Source: a virus
Taxonomy: Duplodnaviria; Caudoviricetes
Direction: 5' to 3' (one strand)
DNA length: 38,997 nt
Virus record (IMG/VR): IMGVR_UViG_3300012347_000257
Span: 1-38,997 of that record
This document shows positions 1 through 10,007 of the stretch, piece after piece. The position numbers and the translations under genes were made by a program. Numbering within the stretch: position 1 is the first letter of the stretch; each line of letters starts with the position of its first letter. Under the pieces are notes generated by a model, which saw only the letters and a program-made list of their open reading frames with translations, was not told the origin of the DNA and made no database searches.

Positions 1-592
1 GATTAGCAAATACCACACTCAAATCGCGAGTAGTTGTACCAGTTACTGCAATGCTTCCATTTGTACTGGTAATTGATTGTACGGCAGTGTCAGCTTTGAC
101 ACCCTGTGCGGCAGTTGCATATGCAGATGAATCGGTTGCAGCCGCTGTACCTAATGTTGGTTTACCAGTTAAATCATTATATACACCCGAAGTTGCTACT
201 GGAGCTAATGTTGGTCTACCAGTTACATTCGTATAAGTGATATTAGTTAATGCTGAGCCATCACCAGTATGTGTACCATTAATAGTTGTACCGTTTACTG
301 CCACAGCAGTTATAGTACCAGCATTGATAAGTGTACCAGTTAATGCACCTGTAGATTTATTATATGTAACCGAAGCTGCACCGCCAAATGTACCATCGTC
401 ATTAAATTGAAGTTGTGTAGTTGTACCACCTGGTAAAGTAGTTCCGCCACCTCCGCCGCCTGTGATTTGATTAATTACTACACCGGTTGTAATCGAAGCT
501 GATATATTATTATCTGATACAAGACTTGCTGAAATTTGCGAACTTGGAGTTAGTGTTGAGTTGATTACGTCAACTGCTTTAAGTGTTGTCAT
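1..592 (-). CDS. Long tail fibre protein, copy A (N-terminal part; runs off the window edge)
   Basis: ATG at 592; translated by hand as MTTLKAVDVINSTLTPSSQISASLVS...GGGGG...QFNDDGT...VQSITSTNGSIAVTGTTTRDLSVVFAN, collinear with the N-terminus of 29096..34114. Missing from the ORF track because its stop is outside the window. Confidence 0.85.
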   Translation of the reverse strand, partial: MTTLKAVDVINSTLTPSSQISASLVSDNNISASITTGVVINQITGGGGGGTTLPGGTTTQLQFNDDGTFGGAASVTYNKSTGALTGTLINAGTITAVAVNGTTINGTHTGDGSALTNITYTNVTGRPTLAPVATSGVYNDLTGKPTLGTAAATDSSAYATAAQGVKADTAVQSITSTNGSIAVTGTTTRDLSVVFAN

Positions 593-601
593 TGTCGTTC
601 C

Positions 602-1270
602 TTATACTACGATACCGTCAGTAATTAACGAAATCGCCATGCGTTGTTTTTTAATTTGCTGAGGAGTTACACCATCTGGACTTGGAATTGTAATCGAAAA
701 ATAGCCGGTTAACATTAGCACTTGGTCGTCATCAAGTTCCGGAATAGGTTCAATAACGCCAATTTGTGATGCTGTTAAACTTAATCTAACTTGACCAAGA
801 GCAAGCGAATGACCAGGTACAGTTGTTAGCACTGATCCAGTTACAATTGGAGCATCAACTTCTGCCATTGCAGTAATATCAAGTCCATTTCGTCCGTCGA
901 CTACTGTAACGATACGCGGTGCAAATTTAAATTCTAATGATGCAGTTGTTAAATTGAGAGGACTTTCAATTGTACGACCATTATAGCCATAACCAATTGC
1001 AAGATCTACTGTGAGGTCTTGTCCACTAACTGCTGTGATTGTGAGATATTGAGTTGTGCCAGTGATTAAAATTTTGCCGTTTGCACTAACGACACTTGTA
1101 TCACCCGTTACTGTGATTACTAAACCATTAACTGATTGTATTTTTAAACCATTTGGATAGCTAAAAGTAGTATCCCAAAATTGATTTTCGCCATATGTCA
1201 TCTCATCGATAATGACGTTCTTATCTACTCCGCCCAGCTGAACTAGACTGGAGGTTGTCCATCTTGCCAT
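602..1270 (-). CDS. Baseplate/fibre-attachment structural protein, copy A
   Basis: 222 aa beta-rich protein between the tail tip/chaperone and the fibre; paralogue at 34124..34792. Function inferred from position. Confidence 0.55.
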   Translation of the reverse strand: MARWTTSSLVQLGGVDKNVIIDEMTYGENQFWDTTFSYPNGLKIQSVNGLVITVTGDTSVVSANGKILITGTTQYLTITAVSGQDLTVDLAIGYGYNGRTIESPLNLTTASLEFKFAPRIVTVVDGRNGLDITAMAEVDAPIVTGSVLTTVPGHSLALGQVRLSLTASQIGVIEPIPELDDDQVLMLTGYFSITIPSPDGVTPQQIKKQRMAISLITDGIVV

Positions 1271-1293
1271 TTTGCATTTCCTTTAACAAAAGT

Positions 1294-1327
1294 GGGCTTC
1301 GAACCGTCGAAGCCCTACAATTATTTA
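1294..1327 (-). promoter_or_regulatory. TAAATA late-type promoter with a 5' leader hairpin
   Basis: Minus strand reads TAAATA-ATT-GT-A, then GGGCTTCGA-CGGT-TCGAAGCCC (9-bp stem), then an AAGGA RBS; conserved at 34814..34847. Confidence 0.7.
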
Positions 1328-1351
1328 CCTAAAAAGAATGGCGATTTTGAC

Positions 1352-1744
1352 TTATAGTGCGGGCATAACTGGCCAAACAATAGCAAATGGGTCTGGCTGA
1401 CTCATAACATCACGCAAAGCTTGACGATAAGCTGCCCATGCTTCGGGTATCTTTCCAGTTTGATCTAGATATCGAGTACTTACCCAATCAGTTTCTTGTA
1501 ATAAGCGATCGCGTTCACGTCTAACGACAATCCATTCAGCTTTGGCTTTTTGTTCAGGTGTTCTGTCATCAATTGCACCTGGCACAATTAATCGAGTTTC
1601 GATATCAACATGTATATCCATATTACTACCTAAGTATGGGATAAAATCTTCATCATCTCCTATACTTACTTGTAATGTTTCAATTGGTGCATTCATTGTA
1701 CGAAGCACTTTACCTGTTGTTGCTTTAAAAATAATATATTTCAT
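1352..1744 (-). CDS. Tail fibre assembly chaperone (Phage_tail_APC-like), copy A
   Basis: C-terminal W..VRRERDRLLQETDW...W.AYRQALRD...DPF.IVWP motif, typical of this family. Confidence 0.8.
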   Translation of the reverse strand: MKYIIFKATTGKVLRTMNAPIETLQVSIGDDEDFIPYLGSNMDIHVDIETRLIVPGAIDDRTPEQKAKAEWIVVRRERDRLLQETDWVSTRYLDQTGKIPEAWAAYRQALRDVMSQPDPFAIVWPVMPAL

Positions 1745-4700
1745 TATACCGCTCTTCTCTTAATTGATGCTGTTTTAACTGGACTAGCTGCCATTGTAAC
1801 TGTATTTTGTGTATCTAAAGTATTAGCTCCAGTCTTACTTACCATTGCTACTGAAAAACTTGGTGTATCCTTTTTAGGAATAGTCAACTCAGTAACTACA
1901 GAAGCATTGCCTACTGCCAACTCGCCCGAGGTAGCAGTTGCCACATAAGTCCAGCTTGCAACAGTTGGGTTTACTTCATATAGAATTTGCCAATCATCTA
2001 GTCCTGCATATGTATTTGGTAATGCTGTATTACGATACATATTTCCACCAGCAGCTCCAATCATAATAGTTTTGGTTGTGTTGTCGCACATTAAAAATTG
2101 CCAAGAATGGTTTGTTGAACTAGGTCTAACTGTCCAGCTTATACCACCATTTTTACTTTGATATAAGTAATCGGCACAAGCATACATAGTTAATCCATCA
2201 TCACTTACCCATACAGCAGAGCTCCATAATCTAGTACCAGCCGCCGCTCTATATGTCCAAGTTACACCAAAATCACTTGATGTATATAATTGACTACCAC
2301 TTTCGCCTAAACTTTGAACTGCGATTAAATGTTTAGCATCACTGCTAATGGCGTACTGATCATAAAAGTTATTTGGAGCATTTACTAAGTTAGTCCAATT
2401 TAATCCACCATCAATTGATTTTTGTAATCGATCTTGTGCATCGCTTGTTGCATACAAAATAGTACCAGTTGAATTACATCTTATTTTACCCCATGGAGTA
2501 CCAAACGGTGTTCTGCGTGTCCATGTTAAGCCACTATCTGATGATGTAAATACACCACCGTAATTGTCACTACCAGTAATAAAAACTTTAGTACCGTCAT
2601 CTGAACATGCTATCGAACCTAGGGCATATGAATCAGCAACAGCATGTTGCGTCCATGTAACTCCGCCATCTAAACTACGTCTATAATGCTTATCAGTTTC
2701 CGGAATTGGGTTATATGTAATTGCAAATATCTTTTGACCATCTGCACTCATTGCAATTGGACCCCATTGTTTCAAACCAGCTCCAGTTAATACTTCCCAA
2801 GTGGCACCGTTATTAACTGATTTTTCTAAGTACCAAGTACCAAATGCAACATCTGTACTTCCGAACTTACCTGCTCTAAATGCAACTGCACCATTTTTAC
2901 TAACTGTCGATGTAGTCCAGTACATACCTTGTTGCGTATCCCAGTTAGGAATCTTAGTCCAACTATCAACTTTGTATAATACAGCCAATCGAGTTGTTTC
3001 AGTACCAGTACCGCTTTGACGTGTAAATGCAGTTGTACCAGTCCAGTTAGTCAAATTTACATCATATGTGATTTCTTCAACTGCTGGAGCTTCAGCATTT
3101 AATGTTGGTAATGCAACTGAGTATAAGTTAATATATGAGTGAGTACCAGTACCACTTGCTGTAATAAAGTCGTGATTCCAAAATAATGATAATGCACCCG
3201 GTACTGTACCACTTGTGTTATCAGCAATACCGATTGGCTGCCATCTAAAGTTTAAAATCTCTGAACTGTATAAGCTTTTCTTAAGTGTACCAACTGCACG
3301 AGCTTTCATATAATATGTTAAGCCTTCTTGATTAGCCGGTAGCGTACTAATCATAATAGCAATAGTTTCACCCTTATCGTAAACAGGCGTTAACTTTGGC
3401 TGTTGTGTCATTAGTAATTTAAACTGCACAGTTTCGAGTGTTGCGGCACTAAGTCCACTGATACCTTCGTAATACCACACTTCAATTGCATTAGTAATAC
3501 CACTTGATGATACAATACAATTTAAGTTGAAGTATGGTACAATAACTGCTTCATTACTTTCAGTAATGCTAATAAGTGTAGGTGGGTCGATAATATTTGG
3601 GTTACGCAATGCAGTATTATCTTCTGGCTGAAATGCATTCAAATCAAACTGTTCGTAAATATCATCATTGTATTCGAAACATGAGATTTGAACACCTAAT
3701 GAGCCGTCATCACCCTTTTCTTCTCGTACTTCGTTAACACGGAATAGTTTACCCCATACAAAGCCATCAGCATTAGTCCAACCATATTGCTTATGATAGA
3801 TACGCACAATGTCGCCAGCTTCAATTTGAATACCCGAGTGTTCAATCTTAACAGTAATAACTAAATCTTCACGACTTTGTGCCAACTTTCGTTTAGCAAT
3901 AAACAAAGCTTGACCTGGGTTAGTTGCAAACGGTAATGAAATCTTCAACTCATTTTCTGGTTCATTAGCACTCAGCAATGCGGGATTAATTGAGATATAC
4001 TCCATGCTGGTTGTCCATCTTATGTCTTTATTAACATATTGAACTTCGGCTTTGTTGAACGTAGAGTTTAAATCAATTGGCTGAATATCTAAACTGCCAA
4101 CTGCATGCATTACTTTAAATTGACTTAAGTTACCCGAACCATAATCTTCATAATGTGTATCACATAATATAATTGGTAAATTGCCATAACCGAGTCCTGC
4201 TTGACTAATACTTTGATTAATCACAACACCCCATTTGGCAGTAGTTTCATTCCAACGTATCCAAGAATCGCAGCATTTGGCAATTAGTTGTAAGTTTTCC
4301 CAACAGGTTTTTGTAGTATCAACTGCACCATGTATTTCAAAACGCGGACCACTAACATTAGTAACAACACCTGCTTGATTAGTTTTAGTATAATTGATAG
4401 TCTTGGCTGAGTATGTATTAAGTTTAGCTAGACTGGCACTATCAACAAACTTAGTAGGTAAGCCGCACCCATATCGTGTATTAGTCAAATAATCGTATAA
4501 TACATTACCTGGGGTTTTAATTGTATTACTTACATAAAAACTCAATTCTTGTAAGCCAGTTAATCCAATCTCTTGGTCATATTTGACTTTAACAATAGCA
4601 AATGCACACTTATACATTGCATAATCAGTGTTATTAGTCCATCTAATTGAGTCTGGGTCAATTGCTGTACTGTCTAAAATTGATGCGGCACTAGGTGCAC

Positions 4701-5280
4701 CAAATTGACCAGATGTTGAACCGTTGTTATACAGCCACACTTGCATCTTGCCATCAAATTTATTATCTTCTTGTCCGCCATTATAATCATCTACTAACCG
4801 AGCGACAGTAGTGTAATCATTTTCACGAAACTCCATCCGTTTATCACCCCAATAAACAAGTGGTCGATTTTGATTATTTTTAGTTGGTGGACCTGGATGT
4901 AAAAAGCTAATTGAATTACCTGGTTCTGGTGCTTCACAAATGGCACATACATACCACATTGTTTGTTGATCACTAGAGATCTTAGCATCAACGATAATTG
5001 GTTTAACTAAACTGTTACCATATGCTACTGATAGTTTATTAGTAGTTGCCGGACTTAACTGTTGTTTACTACCTAATTGTTTAGCTACATCAATTGAACC
5101 AGATACATATGCAGTAGCATCACCATCTTTCTTTTGTTCGGCTGGAACTTCGTCGGGTGCAAATAATGTAGAAACTGCATAACTGACTGCATAACCAACT
5201 ACTGCTTGAACTACATAACCACCGATTGTTGTGGCTGCGAATGCAGAGACTGCCGCTGCAACGGCCGTGAACACTGGCAT
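1744..5280 (-). CDS. Tail tip / central fibre (gpJ-like host specificity protein) with an inserted BNR/Asp-box beta-propeller, copy A
   Basis: 1178 aa; N-terminal hydrophobic segment, PGNVLYDYLTNTRYGCG motif and GDIVRI as in gpJ-like proteins; repeated S.D.G.TW Asp-boxes in the C-terminal third. Confidence 0.8.
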   Translation of the reverse strand: MPVFTAVAAAVSAFAATTIGGYVVQAVVGYAVSYAVSTLFAPDEVPAEQKKDGDATAYVSGSIDVAKQLGSKQQLSPATTNKLSVAYGNSLVKPIIVDAKISSDQQTMWYVCAICEAPEPGNSISFLHPGPPTKNNQNRPLVYWGDKRMEFRENDYTTVARLVDDYNGGQEDNKFDGKMQVWLYNNGSTSGQFGAPSAASILDSTAIDPDSIRWTNNTDYAMYKCAFAIVKVKYDQEIGLTGLQELSFYVSNTIKTPGNVLYDYLTNTRYGCGLPTKFVDSASLAKLNTYSAKTINYTKTNQAGVVTNVSGPRFEIHGAVDTTKTCWENLQLIAKCCDSWIRWNETTAKWGVVINQSISQAGLGYGNLPIILCDTHYEDYGSGNLSQFKVMHAVGSLDIQPIDLNSTFNKAEVQYVNKDIRWTTSMEYISINPALLSANEPENELKISLPFATNPGQALFIAKRKLAQSREDLVITVKIEHSGIQIEAGDIVRIYHKQYGWTNADGFVWGKLFRVNEVREEKGDDGSLGVQISCFEYNDDIYEQFDLNAFQPEDNTALRNPNIIDPPTLISITESNEAVIVPYFNLNCIVSSSGITNAIEVWYYEGISGLSAATLETVQFKLLMTQQPKLTPVYDKGETIAIMISTLPANQEGLTYYMKARAVGTLKKSLYSSEILNFRWQPIGIADNTSGTVPGALSLFWNHDFITASGTGTHSYINLYSVALPTLNAEAPAVEEITYDVNLTNWTGTTAFTRQSGTGTETTRLAVLYKVDSWTKIPNWDTQQGMYWTTSTVSKNGAVAFRAGKFGSTDVAFGTWYLEKSVNNGATWEVLTGAGLKQWGPIAMSADGQKIFAITYNPIPETDKHYRRSLDGGVTWTQHAVADSYALGSIACSDDGTKVFITGSDNYGGVFTSSDSGLTWTRRTPFGTPWGKIRCNSTGTILYATSDAQDRLQKSIDGGLNWTNLVNAPNNFYDQYAISSDAKHLIAVQSLGESGSQLYTSSDFGVTWTYRAAAGTRLWSSAVWVSDDGLTMYACADYLYQSKNGGISWTVRPSSTNHSWQFLMCDNTTKTIMIGAAGGNMYRNTALPNTYAGLDDWQILYEVNPTVASWTYVATATSGELAVGNASVVTELTIPKKDTPSFSVAMVSKTGANTLDTQNTVTMAASPVKTASIKRRAV

Positions 5281-5281
5281 G

Positions 5282-5323
5282 TTATATACCTCCCTTAATT
5301 TGTTTTTGTTTATTTTTAATCAT
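5282..5323 (-). CDS. 13-codon mini-ORF MIKNKQKQIKGGI directly upstream of the tail tip gene
   Basis: Has its own AAGGA RBS and stops 1 nt before the tip-gene ATG; same length and position at 38794..38835 (MNKDKQKQMKGVV). Confidence 0.5.
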   Translation of the reverse strand: MIKNKQKQIKGGI

Positions 5324-5331
5324 ATAAATCC

Positions 5332-5769
5332 TTATTGAAACCATGTAGTTTCAGCTTCTGTATAATCCCATCTGCCGTAGTCAAGTTTTAATTTTGCAGT
5401 GTGACTGATTGTAAAATGTACAACTCTACCTGAATCTTTCCACTCATTACCTACTTCTGTATATTTCTTAATTAGTCTACCACCAGACGTGCCACCACGC
5501 TGTTCTGGCTTAACATAAAATAAAATCTCAGTTAATACTAATCGACTGGGATCCCAGATGTTTGGGCAAGCTAATGCAATAATTGCACCACGCATGGTTT
5601 CATCTTTCTCATCAATTACTGCAACACCAGCACCACTAACTACCATGCTCATTATCTTATCGATATTATCTAATGGTACATTAGTATATTGCGGGAAATG
5701 CTCTTGATAGTAATTAACAAACAGTTCTTTTAATCGAGGAATATCCCATTTATTTGCTAATCTAATCAT
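5332..5769 (-). CDS. GNAT-family acetyltransferase-like protein, copy A
   Basis: MIRLA..WDIPRL start and the acetyl-CoA-binding motif FYVKPEQRGGTSGGRLIK. Confidence 0.8.
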   Translation of the reverse strand: MIRLANKWDIPRLKELFVNYYQEHFPQYTNVPLDNIDKIMSMVVSGAGVAVIDEKDETMRGAIIALACPNIWDPSRLVLTEILFYVKPEQRGGTSGGRLIKKYTEVGNEWKDSGRVVHFTISHTAKLKLDYGRWDYTEAETTWFQ

Positions 5770-5772
5770 AAT

Positions 5773-6369
5773 TTATTTGTATGTATCGGTTTCACGACCA
5801 AAGTCGAATGATTTGTTATGTAATGTTTCGATACGATTCATACTTTTATCAGTTGGTGCAAACTTTTGCCAACTGGCTTTATTAGTATATCTACCAGCAC
5901 GTTTATTTTCTAAAATAGTTTTAAAGTTTGAACATGTAAGTACAACTGAATATGTGATACTCTTATCATCATTATTTTCAGTAATAGTAAAGTTGTTAAT
6001 AACACCAGTAAATCGTAATGAAACAGAGTCAAGGTTATATGCATTAGTGTAAAAGCCACGATATATCTCAACTGTACTGCCCTTTAGTTTATAAGTTGGA
6101 CTTAGTGCCAAATAGATATATTGTTGGTCAATACCAGCTAATTCGATATTAGTATCGTAACTGGTAGATTCAATACTACGTTGTTGAGTACTTACTTTTA
6201 AAAAGCCACCTGCCGCTAAGTATTTTGTACCAGCAATGTACTCATCTCTGTATGCACTGGAGAAAGTGTACGTTTCAGTACCACCTGCTGCTTTTTCAAT
6301 TGTTAATTTAATAAATTCAGCATCAATAATTTTTGGTTGATTATTTACTGCTGGAATAGATGTTGTCAT
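5773..6369 (-). CDS. Baseplate hub / minor tail protein (gpL/DUF2163-like)
   Basis: Second gene after the tape measure; KGSTVEIYRGF...RFTGVI...GRYTN...WQKFAP.D pattern. Confidence 0.65.
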   Translation of the reverse strand: MTTSIPAVNNQPKIIDAEFIKLTIEKAAGGTETYTFSSAYRDEYIAGTKYLAAGGFLKVSTQQRSIESTSYDTNIELAGIDQQYIYLALSPTYKLKGSTVEIYRGFYTNAYNLDSVSLRFTGVINNFTITENNDDKSITYSVVLTCSNFKTILENKRAGRYTNKASWQKFAPTDKSMNRIETLHNKSFDFGRETDTYK

Positions 6370-6389
6370 TTGTTATCTCCTTAATGTAT

Positions 6390-7103
6390 TTATATGATAT
6401 ATTCCATACATTCAAATGGACCATCAAATTCAACTATTGCATTATTTAATACAGTGCCATTAGTAGATTTATATGCACCTGGCGTTAATGTATAAGTGGG
6501 CATTTTGATACATAATAATCTAAATTTAGCATCAGTTCCGACTTCAAGACCCACTAAACTAATATTATTTGATGGGTTAATTACGTTTGGTCTATGTGTA
6601 TATACTGTAATATAATCACCGTAGCCAACAATTACATCGGCTGTAACAGTAAACGGGTATGGGTATCCGATAATATTAAAAATATCACCTTTCTTAAATA
6701 CCACATCAGTTGGTTGTGTGCCAGTTAATAAAAACGCACTTAATGTTAATTCATTGCCAATAAACTGAAATACTCTAAGTTGACCTAATTGAGTAGGAGT
6801 TAATCCGCCTTGATATCTAAATAGCCATCTCATACTTGAAATAGCACCAAATGATACTACTTCACTTACTGAACGATCCATATTATCTAATGACTCGATT
6901 AATTCTCGTGAATTGTAATATGATCCATTTGGTACGGTAATCGTAAATCCCCATGGGTTATAAGTGGGGGTTTCCCCCACTCTGATAAGTTGACTGCGAG
7001 TAACTTGTATACCAATAGTTCTACGTCTATCAATTTTAATACTATTCGAAATGTTTATAACTGTTTGTAAGCTCATTTTAACCTCTTTCTCGTTTGGCTG
7101 CAT
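6390..7103 (-). CDS. Distal tail (Dit-like) protein; probable true start at MSLQ (about 7076)
   Basis: Immediately downstream of the tape measure; beta-rich; call from synteny. Confidence 0.6.
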   Translation of the reverse strand: MQPNEKEVKMSLQTVINISNSIKIDRRRTIGIQVTRSQLIRVGETPTYNPWGFTITVPNGSYYNSRELIESLDNMDRSVSEVVSFGAISSMRWLFRYQGGLTPTQLGQLRVFQFIGNELTLSAFLLTGTQPTDVVFKKGDIFNIIGYPYPFTVTADVIVGYGDYITVYTHRPNVINPSNNISLVGLEVGTDAKFRLLCIKMPTYTLTPGAYKSTNGTVLNNAIVEFDGPFECMEYII

Positions 7104-9729
7104 TGTTTGCTGCCGCTACCATTGTTTTGTTGTCCATGAAGAACTTTGCTACCGAGTTGCCATCAATTGCAGAGATATTATAATTGTAAGTATTAACTAC
7201 TTGCGGCTTATCTTCATTTAAATTTCTATTCGGAATAATTGTACCATTCTTACCGGGCATAAACAACTCTGGTCCACGCTCACCAACTAGATATGGTTGA
7301 TTACCACTAACTGATCCACCACTGGCTCTTGTAAAGGCACTACCGCCTTTATCTCCACCTATTGCATCAGTATAGCCGCCAAGTGGACTAGTAAATGATC
7401 CAAGTAACCAAGAAGTAAATTTACTAGCTAATGCTTTTGATGCCATCTTAGCTAAATCACTAATAATACTATCTCTAAAGTCAGCAAACTTAAATTTACC
7501 CGTAGTTACAGCAGTATCAATACTAGAACTAATATTACCCCATAAATCATTATATGCTTGTGCACCTAATTGAGCTGGAGCCATTGCATCGTTCATGCGT
7601 CGCATTGCATCTTCCCAACCACCTGCAAAACTTTCTGTACGAGTTTTTTCTGCTTGGGTTAGTGAATCAACTAATGATTTTTGTTGTACTAATTGATTAT
7701 TATAAGCAGTCATTATTACACTTTGTTCATCATTTGCTGCCACATATTGTTCAGAGTTATAACCATACTGATCGCCAATATCTTTTAAATACTGCAATTG
7801 TGTTTTAGCTGCGGTTGCTAATGTTTCGAGACTTTTTGTCTCGGCTTCTATTCTTGCTATTACGGGATTTTTATTTGGTATTTCGTCGGGCTTGAAACTA
7901 TCAATTGTTTTAGTATTAGCAGCTATCGATTTTTCTAGTAAATCTTTATTAGTTTTTTCAGTAGCTATAAAATCTGCACGTGCATCACTTAATTTTGATT
8001 GTGCTGCTGCATTTGAGATAATTAAATCTCTTTGTACTTTTAAATTCCCGATAATATATTGATCAGTATCTGCGCCTTTTTGTTTTTCTTTTGTTATCTC
8101 TGCATCGACTTTAGCTAAATCAAGTCTCATTGTTTTTTCAATTTGTGCCTGTTCGATTATAGCATCAGTCTCTTCTTTATTCAGCCCAATACGCTGTATC
8201 CGGAGGGCTGCTAATTCGGTTTCTTTGAGATACAGAAACGACATAGCTTCTAATTCAGCATCACTAGCTTCCCGTGATAATTTTATTCTAGCGGCTTCGG
8301 CTGCAGCAGCATCGGCACCAGCACCACCTTTAGGAGGCTTAACACCGAATCGACTATCATCATATTTCGGGGGCGAGACTTCGAATGGTTTAATTCTACC
8401 TTGATAACCTTTTGATTGACCAAGTGGGTTTGATTTAATCGCATCAGCATTACCTGCCATAAGTGGGTCGCTTTTATTTTGCCAAATATTTTCACGCAAG
8501 TATTTTACAGCAGTTTCGCCCTTTTTCCATAAGTCTACCATTGCCATTAATGGGTTTACAGCCGCGGCTGCCTTTACAGCTAGATCAACAAGACTGCCTC
8601 CAAATGTATCGCTTTTTTCAGTTGCAAAATTAAATATTGAAGTTAATCGATTTACATATTCAGTAAGTGTACCAACTTTACCAGCAGCATCATCTGCTCC
8701 AGAACTGACAGTAGCCATACTAACTTTATTAACTGCCTGCATTAATTTATCAAATGCTGCACCAAGAGAATCAGTATTTGAAATTTGTTGATTCATTTTT
8801 GCATCATCTGTAAATTTAATATCTTCAAATTTCAAATTACGATTTGCTTTGCCTAATAATTCCTGTGCTGTACTTAATCGTGTAGTTTTATCTTCAGTCT
8901 TTCCCAAAGCTTCTAATACATCTACAAGTATATCACTAGTATCACGCATTTTACCATTAGTATCTTTAATTGGCACATTTAATGTTTTAAATGCTTCAGC
9001 AGCCTTTCCGCCGTTGTTTGCTGCATCTTCAATCGACATGGACAATTTATTAATTACATCGTAATTTTGTCCGGCAGCACCGCCAGCGTTAATAATGCTG
9101 TCGCCGAGTGAATATATCTCACTCGCTGATAATCCACTTGCCTCAGATAAATCTGTAATTGCACCCGCTGTTTCTACTGATTTGGTTCCTAATGACACAA
9201 TACCTGCTATAGCTGCCGCTACACCGCCGGCTAATAAGCCAGTTGATAAACTTGCAAATGAGCTTTTTAACTCATCTATGTTTTGAGCAATTAAACTAGT
9301 CGGAGCATTTGCTTTAATACTAATTGTTTTATTATCTGTTGTATCGATTAAACTGCCTAATCGTTGAACACTATTAGTAGCTTCTTTTACTTGACTATCA
9401 TTGGTTTTAACATTAATAAGATTATTATTGGCTGTACTAATACTAGTATTTAATTGTGATAACGAATGTGTTATTTGATCTAGTCCTGCAATACTAATAG
9501 TCGGTTTAACTATTTTTGTAGAAATATTATTAAGTGAGGTATTAATATCTTTAATATTATTTGAAAGTGTATCAAAACCAGATGAATTAATAGAAATTGC
9601 TAATTTCTTTTTTGTAGCTGAATCTAAATTAGTATTTAAAGTCGATACTGATTTATTTAAATTATCGACATCGCTTTTACCGCTAACGTCGATTTCTAAT
9701 TTATATTTGTCTATTGTCGTTGTTGCCAT
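7078..9729 (-). CDS. Tape measure protein
   Basis: 883 aa, Ala/Ser/Lys-rich and helical; lambda-type C-terminal region GWEDAMRRM and the RASGGSV...YLVGERGPELFMP motif. Confidence 0.92.
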   Translation of the reverse strand: MATTTIDKYKLEIDVSGKSDVDNLNKSVSTLNTNLDSATKKKLAISINSSGFDTLSNNIKDINTSLNNISTKIVKPTISIAGLDQITHSLSQLNTSISTANNNLINVKTNDSQVKEATNSVQRLGSLIDTTDNKTISIKANAPTSLIAQNIDELKSSFASLSTGLLAGGVAAAIAGIVSLGTKSVETAGAITDLSEASGLSASEIYSLGDSIINAGGAAGQNYDVINKLSMSIEDAANNGGKAAEAFKTLNVPIKDTNGKMRDTSDILVDVLEALGKTEDKTTRLSTAQELLGKANRNLKFEDIKFTDDAKMNQQISNTDSLGAAFDKLMQAVNKVSMATVSSGADDAAGKVGTLTEYVNRLTSIFNFATEKSDTFGGSLVDLAVKAAAAVNPLMAMVDLWKKGETAVKYLRENIWQNKSDPLMAGNADAIKSNPLGQSKGYQGRIKPFEVSPPKYDDSRFGVKPPKGGAGADAAAAEAARIKLSREASDAELEAMSFLYLKETELAALRIQRIGLNKEETDAIIEQAQIEKTMRLDLAKVDAEITKEKQKGADTDQYIIGNLKVQRDLIISNAAAQSKLSDARADFIATEKTNKDLLEKSIAANTKTIDSFKPDEIPNKNPVIARIEAETKSLETLATAAKTQLQYLKDIGDQYGYNSEQYVAANDEQSVIMTAYNNQLVQQKSLVDSLTQAEKTRTESFAGGWEDAMRRMNDAMAPAQLGAQAYNDLWGNISSSIDTAVTTGKFKFADFRDSIISDLAKMASKALASKFTSWLLGSFTSPLGGYTDAIGGDKGGSAFTRASGGSVSGNQPYLVGERGPELFMPGKNGTIIPNRNLNEDKPQVVNTYNYNISAIDGNSVAKFFMDNKTMVAAANNAAKRERG

Positions 9730-9737
9730 GATTATCC

Positions 9738-10007
9738 TTATTTCAATGTTGAATTAATGTATTTTCGAATAGCATCAATAGTTGGATCGGTCATACCATT
9801 AGGTGCTTGCTTACTCCACCCGGTATTAAGTCTTAATGCATATTCATAATCTGCATTTATTGTTGATCCATTCAACAAAGTATTCGATTGAGCATTACCA
9901 CTACGCTTGGGTGTGATCGATTTGAATACAGCATGGCCTTCTTTTGCTAAGTTCTTTTTATCCAATGTTTTTGATACTAGTGTTAATCTATCTGTAATCT
10001 TACTCAT
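9738..10007 (-). CDS. HK97 gp10-like neck/tail-completion protein
   Basis: TPKRSGNA...YA.RLNTGWSKQAPNGM motif. Confidence 0.65.
   Translation of the reverse strand: MSKITDRLTLVSKTLDKKNLAKEGHAVFKSITPKRSGNAQSNTLLNGSTINADYEYALRLNTGWSKQAPNGMTDPTIDAIRKYINSTLK

Noticed and set aside
1-5769. Terminal redundancy or circular-overlap artefact as the cause of the duplication
   Set aside because: The copies differ at many nucleotides, residues and indels; a circular overlap would be essentially identical. A chimera of two relatives is still possible.
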